64,000 bases of DNA. It comes from Chlorokybus atmophyticus (Eukaryota; Plantae; Mesostigma and Chlorokybus algae). The translations under genes were made by a program, and so were the position numbers. The notes under the pieces were generated by a model, which worked only from the letters and a program-made list of their open reading frames with translations, was not told the DNA's origin and searched no databases. The stretch lies in assembly GCA_009103225.1 (NCBI GenBank), contig RHPI01003244.1, positions 1 to 64,000 on the forward strand, given 5' to 3'. Every line of letters starts with the position of its first letter. Position 1 is the first letter of the stretch. Below are positions 34,004-47,645 of the stretch, in pieces.

Positions 34004-37000
34004 GGGTAAAGGCTCCTTATTTGGCCATTCGCCCTAATTTGGCCAATACGTGGTTTTTGGCGGCTAGCTGGCCAACCCCTTACCCAATCGCGGTCAACTT
34101 TAAACTAAGATAGAACTACTGGTAATACACCTGCAAACCAAGTTTCGCGTCAAACGGCCAAGTGTGGCGCGAGATTTAAATTTTCAAAAGACTGTTTCAG
34201 TTAGGGTGATGCTTCCCACCTCCAACCCCCAACTTTACGTTTTAATAACTTTTGCAAGTATATTGCAAATATAGTGGGGTTTGTTCCCACGTGTTTCTAA
34301 TGGTGTGTAGAGCTTATATATCAGCTCTCATGCCATTTGGGTTTGAAACGCAAATATTACATGTTGGTCTTGAGAGGGGTAATGCGTAAGTTTTTTTGCA
34401 CATATGTTGAGTGATGAATAGCATGGCAAACGGGGAGGGGGGGGTGGCATTCAAGGGGCAAGTGAGTTTGCAAGCATTGTAGTTGATGGGCAAGTGTTGC
34501 AGTTGGTGCTGGTGCTAGTATGCAAGTGGTGGAGGGGTAGGTGAGGTAGGGGGGAGGTGACATGCACGGTGTGCTAGTGTAAGACACACTGCAAGTGTTG
34601 CATTGTGAGGCAGGCTGCAAGTGTTGCATTGCAAGTGTTATAGCTAAGTGTTACAGCTAAGTACAAGTCTTCTATGAGTGGCTACCTATGGTGGCTGCTG
34701 GTAGCAGGGTAGGTGGCTTTGGGTTTTGCACCAACTTTGTCATCCTTGCGGACTTGCCGCTTAGACCACTCTGTGACATCATGGCAGTCCTACTGACATC
34801 ACCCTATGCAGGGCAAACGTGTAAGAGCAAAGACACCTGCACGCTCAGCCCGACGCAAAGGCTACAAATGGTGAAGTGCTAGCATGGAGGACATCCAGCG
34901 TGCAGTGCAGGCGATAGCTCAAGGCTGCATGACCCTCACCGATGCTGTTCCAGAACTTGGCATCCCGAGGACAACCCTGCGCAGATATTGCTCCAACCCT
35001 GCTGCGTTGGATACTTACAGGTGAGAACTGAATGCAAGTTGCTGATGTGCAAATGCAATGTGTGCAAGACACTGAGTGCAAGTTGCTGATGTGCACATGC
35101 AAGTTGTGCAAGTAACTGACTGCAAGTTGCTGATGTCCAAATGCAATGTGTGTGCTGCAGGAATGCTGGCGCTGCAACTCTGTTTACTGTTGAAGAAGAG
35201 ACTGACCTGAAACAGGTCGTGATAGCTCGCAACAAGTGTGGGCGTGGTGTAACATGGACTCAAGTTTGTATAGAGGCGGGGAAGAGACTTGTTGGAGATG
35301 AACGTGCAAGCTTGTGTGTGAGGGGCATACCTGGCAAGAAGTGGTGGTACGCTTTTAAAAAGAGATACAACCTTAGCTCTTGCAAAGCTGAAGCTCTTGA
35401 CAAGTCCCGGAGGGTGTCCTTGAAGAGAGACGTTGTCTACCATTACTTTGACTTGCTGGAGAAGACAGTTGCAGAGTTGGGAGTGGGACCAGAGCGCATC
35501 ATTTCCGCTGATGAAGTGGGAGTTGAACCCAACACCGCAGTCCAAAACCAAAGGGTCATCTGTGAAAGGCAAGTATTGGCTGATGCATGTTGTGTCATGC
35601 AAATGAGTAGCTGCAAATGAGTAGCATGCTCACATGTTGCGTGGCTTGCAGTGGTGCCAAATGGGCTCAGGCAGCAACCACAGGCAGCAGAGAACATGTC
35701 ACCCTCATGGCTGCAGTCACTGGTGCTGGCTATGCCTTCCCCCCTCTCGTTATCATGAAAGGCAAACGAGTAACCAAAGATTACCGCAAGTTCGATGTGG
35801 CCCAAGCTGTGTATGCTGCACAAGAGAACGCGTGGATGACAACTGAGCTGTTCAAGTTGTGGATTTGCAAGCTGGTTGAATGGATGCCTGGCGGTGTGTC
35901 CCCTGCAAACCCTGCGCTGCTTGTTGTGGACGGCCATGTTAGTCGTTACAACAGCGAGATGGTCAAGTATGCCATGCAGCGTGGGCTACACATCCTCGTC
36001 CTCCCCCCTCACACAACACACCGCCTGCAAGTCCTTGACGTCAGTTGCTTTCACCCCTTCAAGGAGGTCTACCGCAGGAAGTACAGAGAGCGCCAAGAAA
36101 AGAGATACAACCATGACCTTGGGAGGGAACAGTTTTTGGAATTGCTTGTACAACCATGGCGTGAAGGATTGTCCCCCAGCAACATCATCAGTGGCTTCAG
36201 AGCGTGTGGACTTTGGCCTCTCAACAAGCATGTGCTCGACAAGTACTTCCCTGCAGAAGACACTCACATCCCCCCCGCCATGCACAATCTCCTCAATGCC
36301 ATTGACCTGGAAGCAGCTGCACAGTCAGAGGAGGGCCACACAGCAGCTGGAGCAGAGCATGCCCCAACATCAACAGCACAAGAGCAAGCTGGAACTGCAC
36401 AGAAGAAGGGCAAGAAGAGGCTGCGCGGCATCTACTGCGCCCATATGTTGACAAGCCCAGAGCTGGCAACTGCTCTGGAGAAGGAGAGACTGGAAGCGGA
36501 AGCAAAGGAACAGCAAGCAGTCGCACGCAAAGAGGCAGCAAAGCAGAAGAAGCAAGATGCAGCAGCAGCTGCCATTGAGAAGGCAGCTGCTGCTGAACTC
36601 AAGCGCAAAGCTGCTGCGCTCAAGCGCATGCAAAAGGCAAACCATGCACAACAGAAGCAAGCGGACAAGTTGACAAAAGAGAGGGAGAAGCAAGAGGCGC
36701 AGCAGGCAGCTGATGCGGAGGCTCACCTTGTGTCGCAGCAGAGGGACAAGACAGGGAAGGAAGCGGAAGCCCTGCTGTTGCGCTATGTCTGGGACCCAAT
36801 GGAGTGCCACAATCAGCTTGGGGAACCACTCTGGGACTGGGCGGAAAACTTCTCCACAATGATGGTATCGCCAACGCTGTATGTACGTGAGCAAGCCAGG
36901 GCTGCAGGCGCAAGTTGGAGGGCAAAGAAGACTAGACGACAGGCAGAGATTCATAGATGCCTGCAAGCAAACAGCTAGTTAGGCCTAGTACACACGCATG

Positions 37001-37102
37001 TGCATAGGCAGAACCTTGTACATAAAACAACAACTTGCAACAATGCAACCATGCTATCAAAACGCACGCTGTGACATACTGTGACATACTCACACGCAAG
37101 CA

Positions 37103-37154
<52 letters not shown>

Positions 37155-37660
37155 GCGCACAACCTATGGTATGCACCTGCTCTAAGCCGCCGCCATTGCC
37201 TACCTCCTGCAGCGACACCGCCGCCGCCGCCCTCGCCAACCTCCTGCACAACAACCTCACAAACCACAACCGTCTTGGCAGGCGGCTATGGCGGCAGTTT
37301 CCCACCATCTCATCAGCCTCGTAGAGGCTGCGTTACAGCCTGTAAGCGCCACATACAATCGCCTGCGGCCCTGACCCTCACCCCGCCATCACCACCCATC
37401 ACCACTGCCTGTGACGCTAGCAGGCGTTTCTGAAGTGGCCAAATTAGGGCAAAACTGATGGCGCCTCAAAGACGAAACCACCCCTACTTTGGCGCGCCAT
37501 AAGTTGAGACGTACTCATTAAAAAATTAAGATAAAAATAGTTCTGGATAGCCTAAGTCCTAAGGAACAATAAACTTATACACTTTACCGCCAAATAAGTT
37601 AAGTGGCGGTCGCAATAACCTTAAAACCGCGAAAATGGGCCAAATTAGGAGCCTTTACCC
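34004..37660 (+). mobile_element. Complete pogo/Fot1-like DNA transposon (3657 bp)
   Basis: TIRs GGGTAAAGGCTCCTTATTTGGCC (34004) and GGCCAAATTAGGAGCCTTTACCC (ends 37660), TA on both sides, and a subterminal CCCTAATTTGGCC motif repeated at each end. Confidence 0.92.
34884..36978 (+). CDS. DD35D pogo/Fot1-type transposase, 3 exons (34884-35020, 35161-35568, 35652-36978)
   Basis: HTH_psq-like MEDIQRAV...LGIPRTTLRRY, CENP-B-like HTH LFTVEEE...PGKKWWYAFKKRY, and catalytic ADEVG / VVDGH / LQVLD with 35 residues between the last two Asp. Splicing keeps the frame only with a GC donor at 35569. Confidence 0.88.
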
Positions 37661-39127
37661 TAACACTTTCGCAATGTAGAGCGCCATTATGCCGGCAAGG
37701 CGCCTGGCACGTGATGCCCGCTGCTCGATGAACCTTCACTAAAAGTAGCGCTGACACTACTGTGCTACCAGCCCACCAGTGCAGCCGACCAGAGCCGCCC
37801 ACATCACATCGACTTGTGTGGAATGCAAAGTTGTAGCAACACAACTCCGGGGGCAAGTCCGATTCATGCCGGTCGACGGTTGGAAACATGTACCTAACAT
37901 TACCGAAGCAGCTCAACTTAGCGGTACTGGCACAAGCTACACACTGTTGAGATCTCAGTGTCGCGCCCACACGATAATCTCCACGGTCGATACATGTTCT
38001 TACCGCGCAACCCGTACCGTGCGATGGCGTCAGTCTAACTGGTGTAAAGCGCCGAATTCGGTCAGTCAACGACGCGGACACTCCTCGGTTGAAGCCGGCC
38101 AAGTTGCGACCACGAAACGGTGTAATGCGTAATCGTAACACAACGTTTTGCGAGCCCGATTTACTTTTGGTATTGCAGCTGAGAGCTCGCTTTTGGGCTT
38201 GGCAGCGGCGGCGACGGTGGTGGCAGTGTCGGTGGCGGTGTTGTGGGCATTGCCGGTGTTTGCGTACGGGACGAACGGTTCATTTGTGTCGAGTAGAAGT
38301 GCGTGGGGCAGCTGTGGGAGGGTGGATACGTGCTGGTGCCGGGATGCTGGAGCTGCCCGGCAGCAGCAAGCAGCAGCGCTGCTGCTGCTTGATAGCTGGC
38401 TATGGGGGCGGGGCTGCTTAACTGTGGCGTGTAGGGCTTCACTGAGTGTATATCACACGTATTACGCAAATGTCTGGGTAAGCAGCAACATTATTAGCGG
38501 TGACCCAAACTGATTTTGCAAACGTGTCTGTTGAAGTGTGCAAGCTTACCAATTGAGCACATTATGCACGCTAAGAAGTAACAGTGAACATATGTATTTC
38601 AATTAATCATAGAGCGTTGAGGTCGCTTGTAAGCAGTGCAAGCAGTGTAAGTAAGCTGTGAGTTTTACGCACCGCTGCAACGTACTTCGCTCGAACGTCC
38701 CTCTAACAAGTTCCAGTTGGCACAAGTGCGTTGCGGAACTGGCACTGTTAGCGAGGAACAGCAGCAGCAACAACTAGTTATTGTCTCCCATTTAAAGAAC
38801 TTTGTGAAGGTGCTCTCAGCAACTGGGAACTTCCCAGTTGCTGAAAGCGACTTGTGAGACAGAGTGTGATGCAGAGCTAACACAAACACACTACAGCAGT
38901 GCGTGTGTTTAGTGGCGTGCTGGATTCCTGTAGCAAGTGATATTCGGAACATAAGAACCATGTTACAACCTTGTCAAAGACTGGGGCCCGCGTGCTTATA
39001 GCATAACACGAAGCGGTAGTTGGTGGACAACATTCCCTCTATCGCTCGACTGTGCAAGGCTTGAGCTGAGCTGAGATTCTCTCGCTCATGCTGATCTCTC
39101 TGGCTTGCGCTCAGCTCGGGGCGCACT

Positions 39128-42100
39128 GTGTCACCAGCAATAGAAGTGCAGGATGAGAAGAAGCTCTTAGGCCCTCCCAGCGAGCCCACAACTCCACTCA
39201 GTCCGGACTCCAAGCCGCCGCCTGTGCAATGGCTGCGGCAACAGATGTCATGGAGGGTAAGCAAGCAGGCACTTGGGCGCAACTTACAGTTGCCGGTTAC
39301 CGGAACTCGCATCAAACTTGGTAGATGTTGTGTTGTCGTGTGGAGTTTAACAATGGTCCATGCGCAGGATCATCAACTTGTGGACGAAGACCGGTTGGAA
39401 CATGAGCAGAAAATCAGGCCCTGGCGCATTGACATCCGCGCATTTCAGGTACGTGTGCGCGTATGTTGTATTCGACATCAAGGGGCTTCTAGAGGTTGTG
39501 ACTAGGTGGATACATATACACGTCTACTAAGTGTGCTTGCTGTCTGTTGGCAGGCTGTTCATCGGTTCAAGCGAAAGAGAAACATCCGTGCAAGAGTCGC
39601 AGAGAGCCTGCTGCCTTTTCAAAGCCACAAGAAGGATGACGTCCTGCCTCTCACACAGCCGCCGCCTGTCGAACCATCAGAGCCCGCTGCAGTCAATGCC
39701 GCCGCCAAGAGCGCTGCAGGTACATCATCTCTTAGCGTGTTTGTCAATGTAATCAGGACAGATACTTATGCAGCAGTGTTCCCGCAGTCAAACTCAACGC
39801 AAAGCAAGCTGTGAAGCAGCAGGCAGCAGAGAAGCAGTACGGCATCACCCTCAAGGATTGCACGACGCTGTCGGAAGAAAGGGAGCTCGCTGGCCTTGAA
39901 GCACTCGGCGGGGTAAGATGCTTACAGTGAAGTCACGTGTGACACACACTCTCTGTATGTGCGTGTGCATGTGTATATGTGTGTCGGACTGACCTTGACA
40001 GGACCCATGCTCACATAACAGCATGCTGAAAGCGTTTTGTCATCATCACCAGACATCAGGTCTTGCTGAGATGCTGAGGTCAGACGCCACCAAGGGGCTT
40101 GCGGATGATGAAGCGGAGCTCAACATCCGGCGCGATGCGTTTGGTTCCAACACCTACCCCGAGAAGAAGCTGAAGCCCTTTTGGGTGCGCAATAACTAGA
40201 CGGTCTACCTTGCTTCAGTGCTGCAATTCTTTCGGCTTCTTGTGTTGATGCAATGCACTTACTGCAGGTGCTGCTGTGGGAGGCTACCGAGGACACCACG
40301 TTGCGGATCCTAGTGGTCTGCGCAACAATTGCTTTCATTGTCGGCATGGTGACAGAGGTGTGCCCTGCCTGCTGGCATGTCTTTGTCCTTCTTTCATATG
40401 TTCAACCAGTTACAGCTGCTGAACTGGCTAAAGCTGACACTCACGGTCGTCACTCTCGCAGGGCACTCAAAAGGGTTGGTATGATGGTACCGGCATATTT
40501 TTCGCTATCATTCTTGTTGTGCTCATTCAAGGTATTGTGTTTCTGTTCTAATTCTGAATGAACAGCCGTCACCTGGCTGTCTGTGCAACAAAATGGTCTC
40601 GAGAGAGTGGTCGAAGTGATTATTACCTAAATGCGTGTTGTTGCAGCGTGTAACAACTGGCAGCAACAACGGCAGTTTCGCAATCTCAACCGCAAGAAGA
40701 AGAACATACCTGTACAGGTTGGTTGCGACATTACCAGTTGGGCCCTTCATGGCGATACCTACGTGCACATGCACACATACATGCCCAAAGAGACACGCAT
40801 AAACACAGGCACGCACACATGAGCACCAACATATGCACGTGTTTACAGGTCACGCGAAGCGGCAGGCGCAGAGAGGTTAGCATCTACGACCTCTGCGTTG
40901 GGGAAATTGTGCATTTGAACCTTGGCGACCAGGTCTGTTCTTAAGTCAAAAACGTTGTGTTTTCTTATACAACTGTTAGCGTGCGCTTGTAACACGAGCC
41001 CACGTGTAACGCCATCACAGGTTTCTGCGGATGGAGTGCTGCTATCGAGCGTTGCGCTGATCTGCGATGAGTCCAGCATGACTGGAGAGAGCAAGCCTGT
41101 CAACAAAGACGTCCAAAAGAGACCTTTTGTGATCTCTGGAACGAAAGTGGTTGAAGGGTAAGCGGCTCGCATTAACAGTGCCAATGCTATGTCTTATTCT
41201 CGACACCAATTCTAACCAAGTGTGGGCATATATGCAGGTATGGAGACATGCTTGTAACAGCAGTCGGACTCAATACCGAGTGGGGCCGAGTGATGGCAGC
41301 CGTAACTGAGGACAACGATGAACAAACACCGCTCCAAGAGCGTTTGGAGAAGGTTGCCCTGGGCATTGGCAAGTTGGGACTGACTGTGGCAGTCCTCGTG
41401 TTCATCATCCTGGTGTCACGGTATGCATTTATGACTTTGCTCTTGCCCTAATATGTTGAGCTTAGTTACTTGATATATTAAATTACATAGCAACCCTGAT
41501 GACCAAAACTCTCGCCAGGTTCATGATTACCGACTTGGACTACCACCACTTCGGTGGAGATGATATTCAGTCTTTTGTGAACTTTTTCGCCACAGCTGTC
41601 ACCATCGTTGTTGTCGCTGTCCCCGAGGGCCTGCCATTGGCTGTCACGTTGAGGTTTGTGGATATGCTGACTATCGCCCATTAGTGTGCTGTGCACGTGA
41701 GCATGTGTGACTGAATGTGTTTCATGGCAAAGCTGCCAAAGCCGTTCGTTCTCAGTGCTTCTTGTCTGCAGCCTTGCGTACTCTATGAAGAAGATGATGG
41801 AGGACAAAGCACTGGTAAGTGTTGCTCAACTTCAGCGCTCTGCACAACGCAGAAACGGTTTTAGGCACGTGACTTAACCGCGTCTTGTTCTCGCTTCTCG
41901 TTTATGCAGATCCGGCACTTGTCTGCCTGCGAAACAATGGGTGGCGCGACTGCTATCTGCAGTGATAAAACTGGCACTCTGACAACGAACAAGGCATGCT
42001 ATCTGAGTCGGTCTCACAGAGTCCAATTCAAACATACATCGGCAGTGCGCAACAACAAGACTTCTAACGCGAGCTAACCTGTTGCAGATGGTTGTCGTGC

Positions 42101-45100
42101 GATCCTGGCTGTGCAATGTGGAACAAAACGATGTCCCGGACAGTGCCTCATTGGGCAAGAGCTGTTTGCAGGTATGCATGCAGCAATGCCATGCACTGCA
42201 TGTTTGATAGTTGATAGTCAAATCACTACTGAGATTGCACATGTACTCAAGCCTACATGCGCTGATAAGCATTGCAATGTTAACGCTGCAGGTCCTGCGA
42301 GAGGCAATGTGCGTCAATTCCAATGGCAGTGTGTTTGTCCCTGAGGTGCCTAGCTACTTATTATTACTATTATTATCATCAATTGCGTACTACGCATAAC
42401 ATGCACCCCACGTTAGTAACAAAGCATTGCACCTGTGCAGGTCGGCAAAGTTGAGATTACAGGCAAGCCGACAGAATGCGCCGTGCTCGGCTACGCCGTT
42501 GACCTGGGCGCCAACTTTGACAACGAGCGCAAGAGTGCGAGCATTGTTCAAGTGGAGCCCTTTAACTCCGCCCGCAAGCGCATGGGCGTGCTGCTGAAGG
42601 TGCCACTACTGGAATTATTGCTTGCTCTCACATCTCCCCTTCACACCTGCTAACATGCGTGCTCACGCGCAGCTCTCTGATGGCTCTCACCGAGTGCATT
42701 GGAAGGGAGCCACAGAGGCTCTTCTGGGTCAATGCACCAAGTACATGCAACCAGACGGCGCCGTTGCACCCCTCGGCCCCCAAAAAGTGACACCACTTGA
42801 CACATGACCTTCATGCATGAGAGTTGTAGCACCACATTACGGCAGCTGACATGACTCCATCTATGCACAGCTGGCCGAGTTGCGCAGTCTCACCGACGCG
42901 TTTGCCAATGAATCGCTGCGCACGCTGTGTCTTGCGAGCTGCGACTACCCTGCCGGCACGAGCGTGCCATTCGTCACGGTTACCCCTGCCGAAGACGGCG
43001 ACGCTGAGGAAGGGGACAAGCGCACGCAGCGCCTGCCCATGGAGGACCTCACCTGCATCGCCATTGTCGGCATCAAGGTACCATCAACAGTTCTTGCTCT
43101 GATCGAAAGCCATCCTGATACAGGCATAGTGCTTGAGTGCTTGGTGAGCACACAACCCTGACCAAGTGCATGTGTTGCTGCAGGATCCATGCAGGAAAGG
43201 TGTGCCTGAGGCTGTGCGCCGCTGCCAGGCAGCTGGAGTGATGGTAAGAGTTGAAGTGTTGCGCTTAACTGACTGAAGAGTGCGTTGTACCACGGCTGGG
43301 TAACGTGTTTGAGAAAGTTGCTCCCCTTCCAGTTTAGTCAACAGCTCAACTCAACCGTGCGCGCAGGTTCGCATGGTCACTGGCGACTACATTGTCACCG
43401 CTAAGGCCATAGCACGCGAATGCAACATCCTCACCGAGGACGGGCTCGCTATGGAGGGTCCGGAGTTTCGCAAGATGCCAAAGGAGCAGCTGCTGGAGCT
43501 GCTGCCCCGCTTGCAGGTGTGCTAGATTCCCTCTAGCCAGCTGGTGGTATCATGAGTTGTGTGTCACATGTCAGTTTATGACCATGTTCGGTCCGAATAG
43601 GTGCTTGCTCGGTCCTCACCCACAGACAAGCAGCTGCTGGTCAAGCTGCTGAGAGAGCAAGGCAACGTTGTCGCCGTGACTGGCGATGGCACAAATGACG
43701 CCCCCGCTTTGAAGCAGGTGAGACGACACTGTCCAATTTGAGCCAGACCGCACATGTGTGCATGTTGGGAGTGGCTTGCTAACTGCTCTTGCGCGTTCTC
43801 ACAGGCGGACATTGGTCTGTCCATGGGTATTGCGGGGACTGAGATTGCAAAGGAGAGCAGCGACATCGTCATCATGGACGATAACTTTGCCACGGTGGTG
43901 CCGGTTATCCGATGGGGCCGCTCGGTGTTTGAGAACATCCGCAAGTTTGTGCAGTTCCAGCTCACCGTTAACATCGTCGCGCTCACGCTCAACTTTGTCT
44001 CATCTGTCATTTTGGCACACGCGCCTCTCACCGTTGTGCAGGTTCGTATTCATTAGTTAGTGATGCTATGACAGGATTGAACAACAACAAGTACAACAAC
44101 AACAACAACAACAACAACATCAACAACAGTGCTGAGTTGTGATGTGGTTGCTGCAGTTGTTGTGGGTGAACCTGATCATGGACACACTTGGCGCTCTGGC
44201 TCTGGGAACTGAACCCCCGAACGAGAAGCTCATGCTGCGCAAGCCTTACGGGCGTCACGAGCCCTTGTTCTCAAACGTCATGTGGCGCAACTTGACTGGA
44301 ATGGTATAATCAGGACTTTCCACAACCTGAGCTGCTGCTTGAACAGAACCCGCCTGCCTCTCCTTGACTTGTTGCAAGTCAGTGAGACAACGCCAAGCTC
44401 ATGTGATGTCATATGCAGGTGGTGTACCAGCTCGTAGTGCTGCTGGTCATCCAGTTTGCCGGGTACAGGCTGTTTAAGCTGGTGCCGCCCAACTACGATG
44501 TACTAGCGGGCAAAGTACCCACAAACAGCACTTTGTACTTGTCTGTGTACAAGCACGTTAACCTTGACCACAAGGACTGCCATCCCGACCATTTCTCCAA
44601 GGTGGGAGCAAGCTGTTTGTGACTGCCCTCCAAAACAAGTGCACAACTGCAAATGCATGGGTGTGGACGACCAAATCACACACACTTATTGTTGACATCT
44701 GTTCCACTCAGGCTGAAGTCGTTCAGTGCTGGGACGACACTCGCAAGCTAAACACCATCATCTTCAACACGTTCGTCTTTGCTCAGGTGCCAACACATGC
44801 GAACGACGCGTCTGTGCGGATGGATGTATGCGCTATGCTGCATCAGCACTGTGTCTATGCACAGACGATCGCACACATATAGTATACAACAGCTGCGAGT
44901 GCATGCGCATGGCGCGACTTGACTCGACAAGGTCTCTGACCTGTTTTGTGTGGGCGCAGATTTTCAATGAGATTAGCTCGCGTGACATGGAGGATTCCAA
45001 CTGCTTCCGTGGCCTCCACAAGAATCGCATCTTCATCGGTGTGATCCTCTTCACATCCACTGTGCAGGCAAGCATGGCATCATCTCAGCTGCCCACATGA

Positions 45101-45108
45101 CAGCCTTG

Positions 45109-45144
<36 letters not shown>

Positions 45145-45693
45145 GCGTGATACCCAATAAGCTTCTCTACAAGTGCTGAACTAACCTGCGACAGACGGTT
45201 CCTAATTACATGTGTTTGCGCAGGCGTTGGTCGTTGAGTTCCTCAAAGATTTCGCCACGACAACACACCTCAGCTGGTCGCAGTGGCTTGCCTGCATTCT
45301 GTTGGGGCTTGGAGGGTGAGCCATTTCCCATCATCATCATCATCATCATCAACATCATCATTGTCATCATTATCTTTCTTCAACGAATTATTACAATCAC
45401 ATGTCTGTGCATTGCACCAGTTTGACATGAGATCGCATTGTGAAAAAGTAGTGCACTACTGATGCGAACTTTGCTTGCAGCATGCCGCTAGCAGCGTGCG
45501 TGAAGCAAATTAGAGTACCGTACAGCCCGGTCCTCCAAACCTGGCTTGGAGAGAAAGTTGGAAGGCTTCGACAGCAGCTGTCCAACAAAGTATGTGTGAT
45601 ACGTTTACGCAGTGTACTTTGCCCATATGCAGCCAGTCTTGCCTGTGCGCTGACCAGTTTGATCTATATCAGGTGCGAGCAAATCCGAGATAA
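39128..45693 (+). CDS. ACA: P-type IIB (autoinhibited, ACA/PMCA-like) Ca2+-transporting ATPase, multi-exon; start and stop approximate
   Basis: Exons give [86 protein letters not shown] and FNEISSR, plus an N-terminal IRAFQAVHRFK CaM-binding-like segment. Confidence 0.95.
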
Positions 45694-46005
45694 TGCAAAG
45701 GTACTCTTTGCAAGCAGCCATCGCTAGCAGCCGTGTCAGCAGCCAAGATTTCGACCAGCGCAATTGTAGTGCTGAAAAGGTGGTCTAGCAGCATTGACAG
45801 GCTCAGATTCAGTAATTGAATTTGGCTACAACCAGGTGATACGGATTCTGGAGTGGCATCTGACAGAACGCCACCCAGTCCCGTTTAGGCATTGTTTATA
45901 TGCAGTATCATACCATACGTATTGTATACAGTCAATACATGCTGCCATAGTGTGCTGTGTTCATGACGCACTCACGCACACAGGCCTGTCGTGTTGTAAG
46001 AAGGA

Positions 46006-46441
<436 letters not shown>

Positions 46442-46929
46442 NCATTTAACCTTGAGTACCTTGAACAATCGGAATAAAGTCATGTATGTCACGAAACAAC
46501 ACATCACTACATAGCAGCACCCGCAATGTCACATATTGATCCAATGACCGTGCCTACTCTACTACTTATCAACACCATCACCACAACACCAACAGTGCTG
46601 AAACTGCCACACGCATCATAGCAAGTAGAGCTCTGAGCCGCAGTAGCCATGACGGCATCCGACATAAAGAAACTCGCAACCATACTGATGATGGCAAGCC
46701 AACGCCACACAGCACGCAGCATTATGCATGCAGTGCAGCGCGGACCTGCAGGCAAAATCAGTGGGACAGGATGGGTTTGCCATGTCAGAGGCTTGTACTA
46801 GCAACCAACAGCCGTACCTCCAGACTCCAGGGACAAAAAGTTGTAACCCAGATTTTCTACTAACCCCTGTCCCTGTTATTCCTGCTACCGGAGTTCTCAT
46901 TTCAAAAAAACATGTTAAGACCGTCGCTA

Positions 46930-47404
46930 ATGATAGGTAAACGCTTGACGAACGCATTGCTTTTGGTGTTGGCAGCAATGTTTGCGAGATACGTGGCCTT
47001 GTCAACATTGAAGCTTTGGGGGAGGATGTCATCTGGGCCTGAGCTTCGGGTGGTTGTTGTACAACCCATAGATAAGAGATGTCGGCGGGGCCGGCCATGT
47101 GAAAAATTAAGGAAGCTGCATTGCTCGGAGTACGCGATGGGTGAGTGCGGGTGAGACGTCTGCGCGCATGCATCATCTTGCTAACTTGCTGCATCGCTCC
47201 CCTTTGCAGAAGCGTCTCAACGGCGAGCGTGTGTGCAGGTCCTTCTGCTCGGCCGGTGTCGACGGGGTTGTGGAAGACTCCCCCGCTGACCCGCATCAAG
47301 TGGATCAACCGCGTCCGCGACACCGACACATGCTGCCACAAGTGCGAGCGCAATCTCGCATGCACGCATTGGCATACTTCACTGGCGATGGCCGCTACAG
47401 CAAG
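46930..47404 (+). CDS. Possible small secreted or membrane-anchored Cys-rich protein with a PAN/apple-like motif (partial model)
   Basis: Hydrophobic N-terminus MIGKRLTNALLLVLAAMFARYVAL. An intron with ctaac branch point and ttgcag acceptor ends at 47209. Using the donor at 47151 keeps the frame into DTCCHKCERNLACTHW. The next donor is at 47405. Confidence 0.3.
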
Positions 47405-47645
47405 GTGAGCACCCACCCACCCACCCACCCACGCACCCACGCACCCACGCACACATACACATATACACCCACTCGTACCCACCCATGCACAGCCACTGCG
47501 AAGCATCATCCTTGGTCGCTTGTTCAACGTGAACAGTCAGCAACCAGTTTAAACCAGTCTAGAAAGAGGAAGAGTAGTAGCTTTGATTGTAAAACCCAAA
47601 TATGCAGCCTGAGCAGAGCTACACTAATCGCTCACTCAGCCTGAT

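Larger units (their letters stand above)
30873..37140. other. Near-identical duplicate of ~24025-30645 (offset 6509 falling to 6495), probably an assembly overlap or haplotype copy
   Basis: The ORF track repeats at offsets 6509, 6508 and 6495. The copies are joined at a single N (30646) directly after a (CA)n tract. Confidence 0.85.

Noticed and set aside
37599-38961. ORFs of 100-180 aa between the pogo element and the Ca-ATPase
   Set aside because: No recognisable homology. One ORF overlaps the transposon TIR, and the rest may be ATPase upstream or UTR sequence.
47300-47645. SECIS element for the GDSL-fusion UGA
   Set aside because: No AUGA / AA-loop / GA kink-turn stem recognisable by eye, and the UGA context lacks a redox motif. 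A formal search is still needed.
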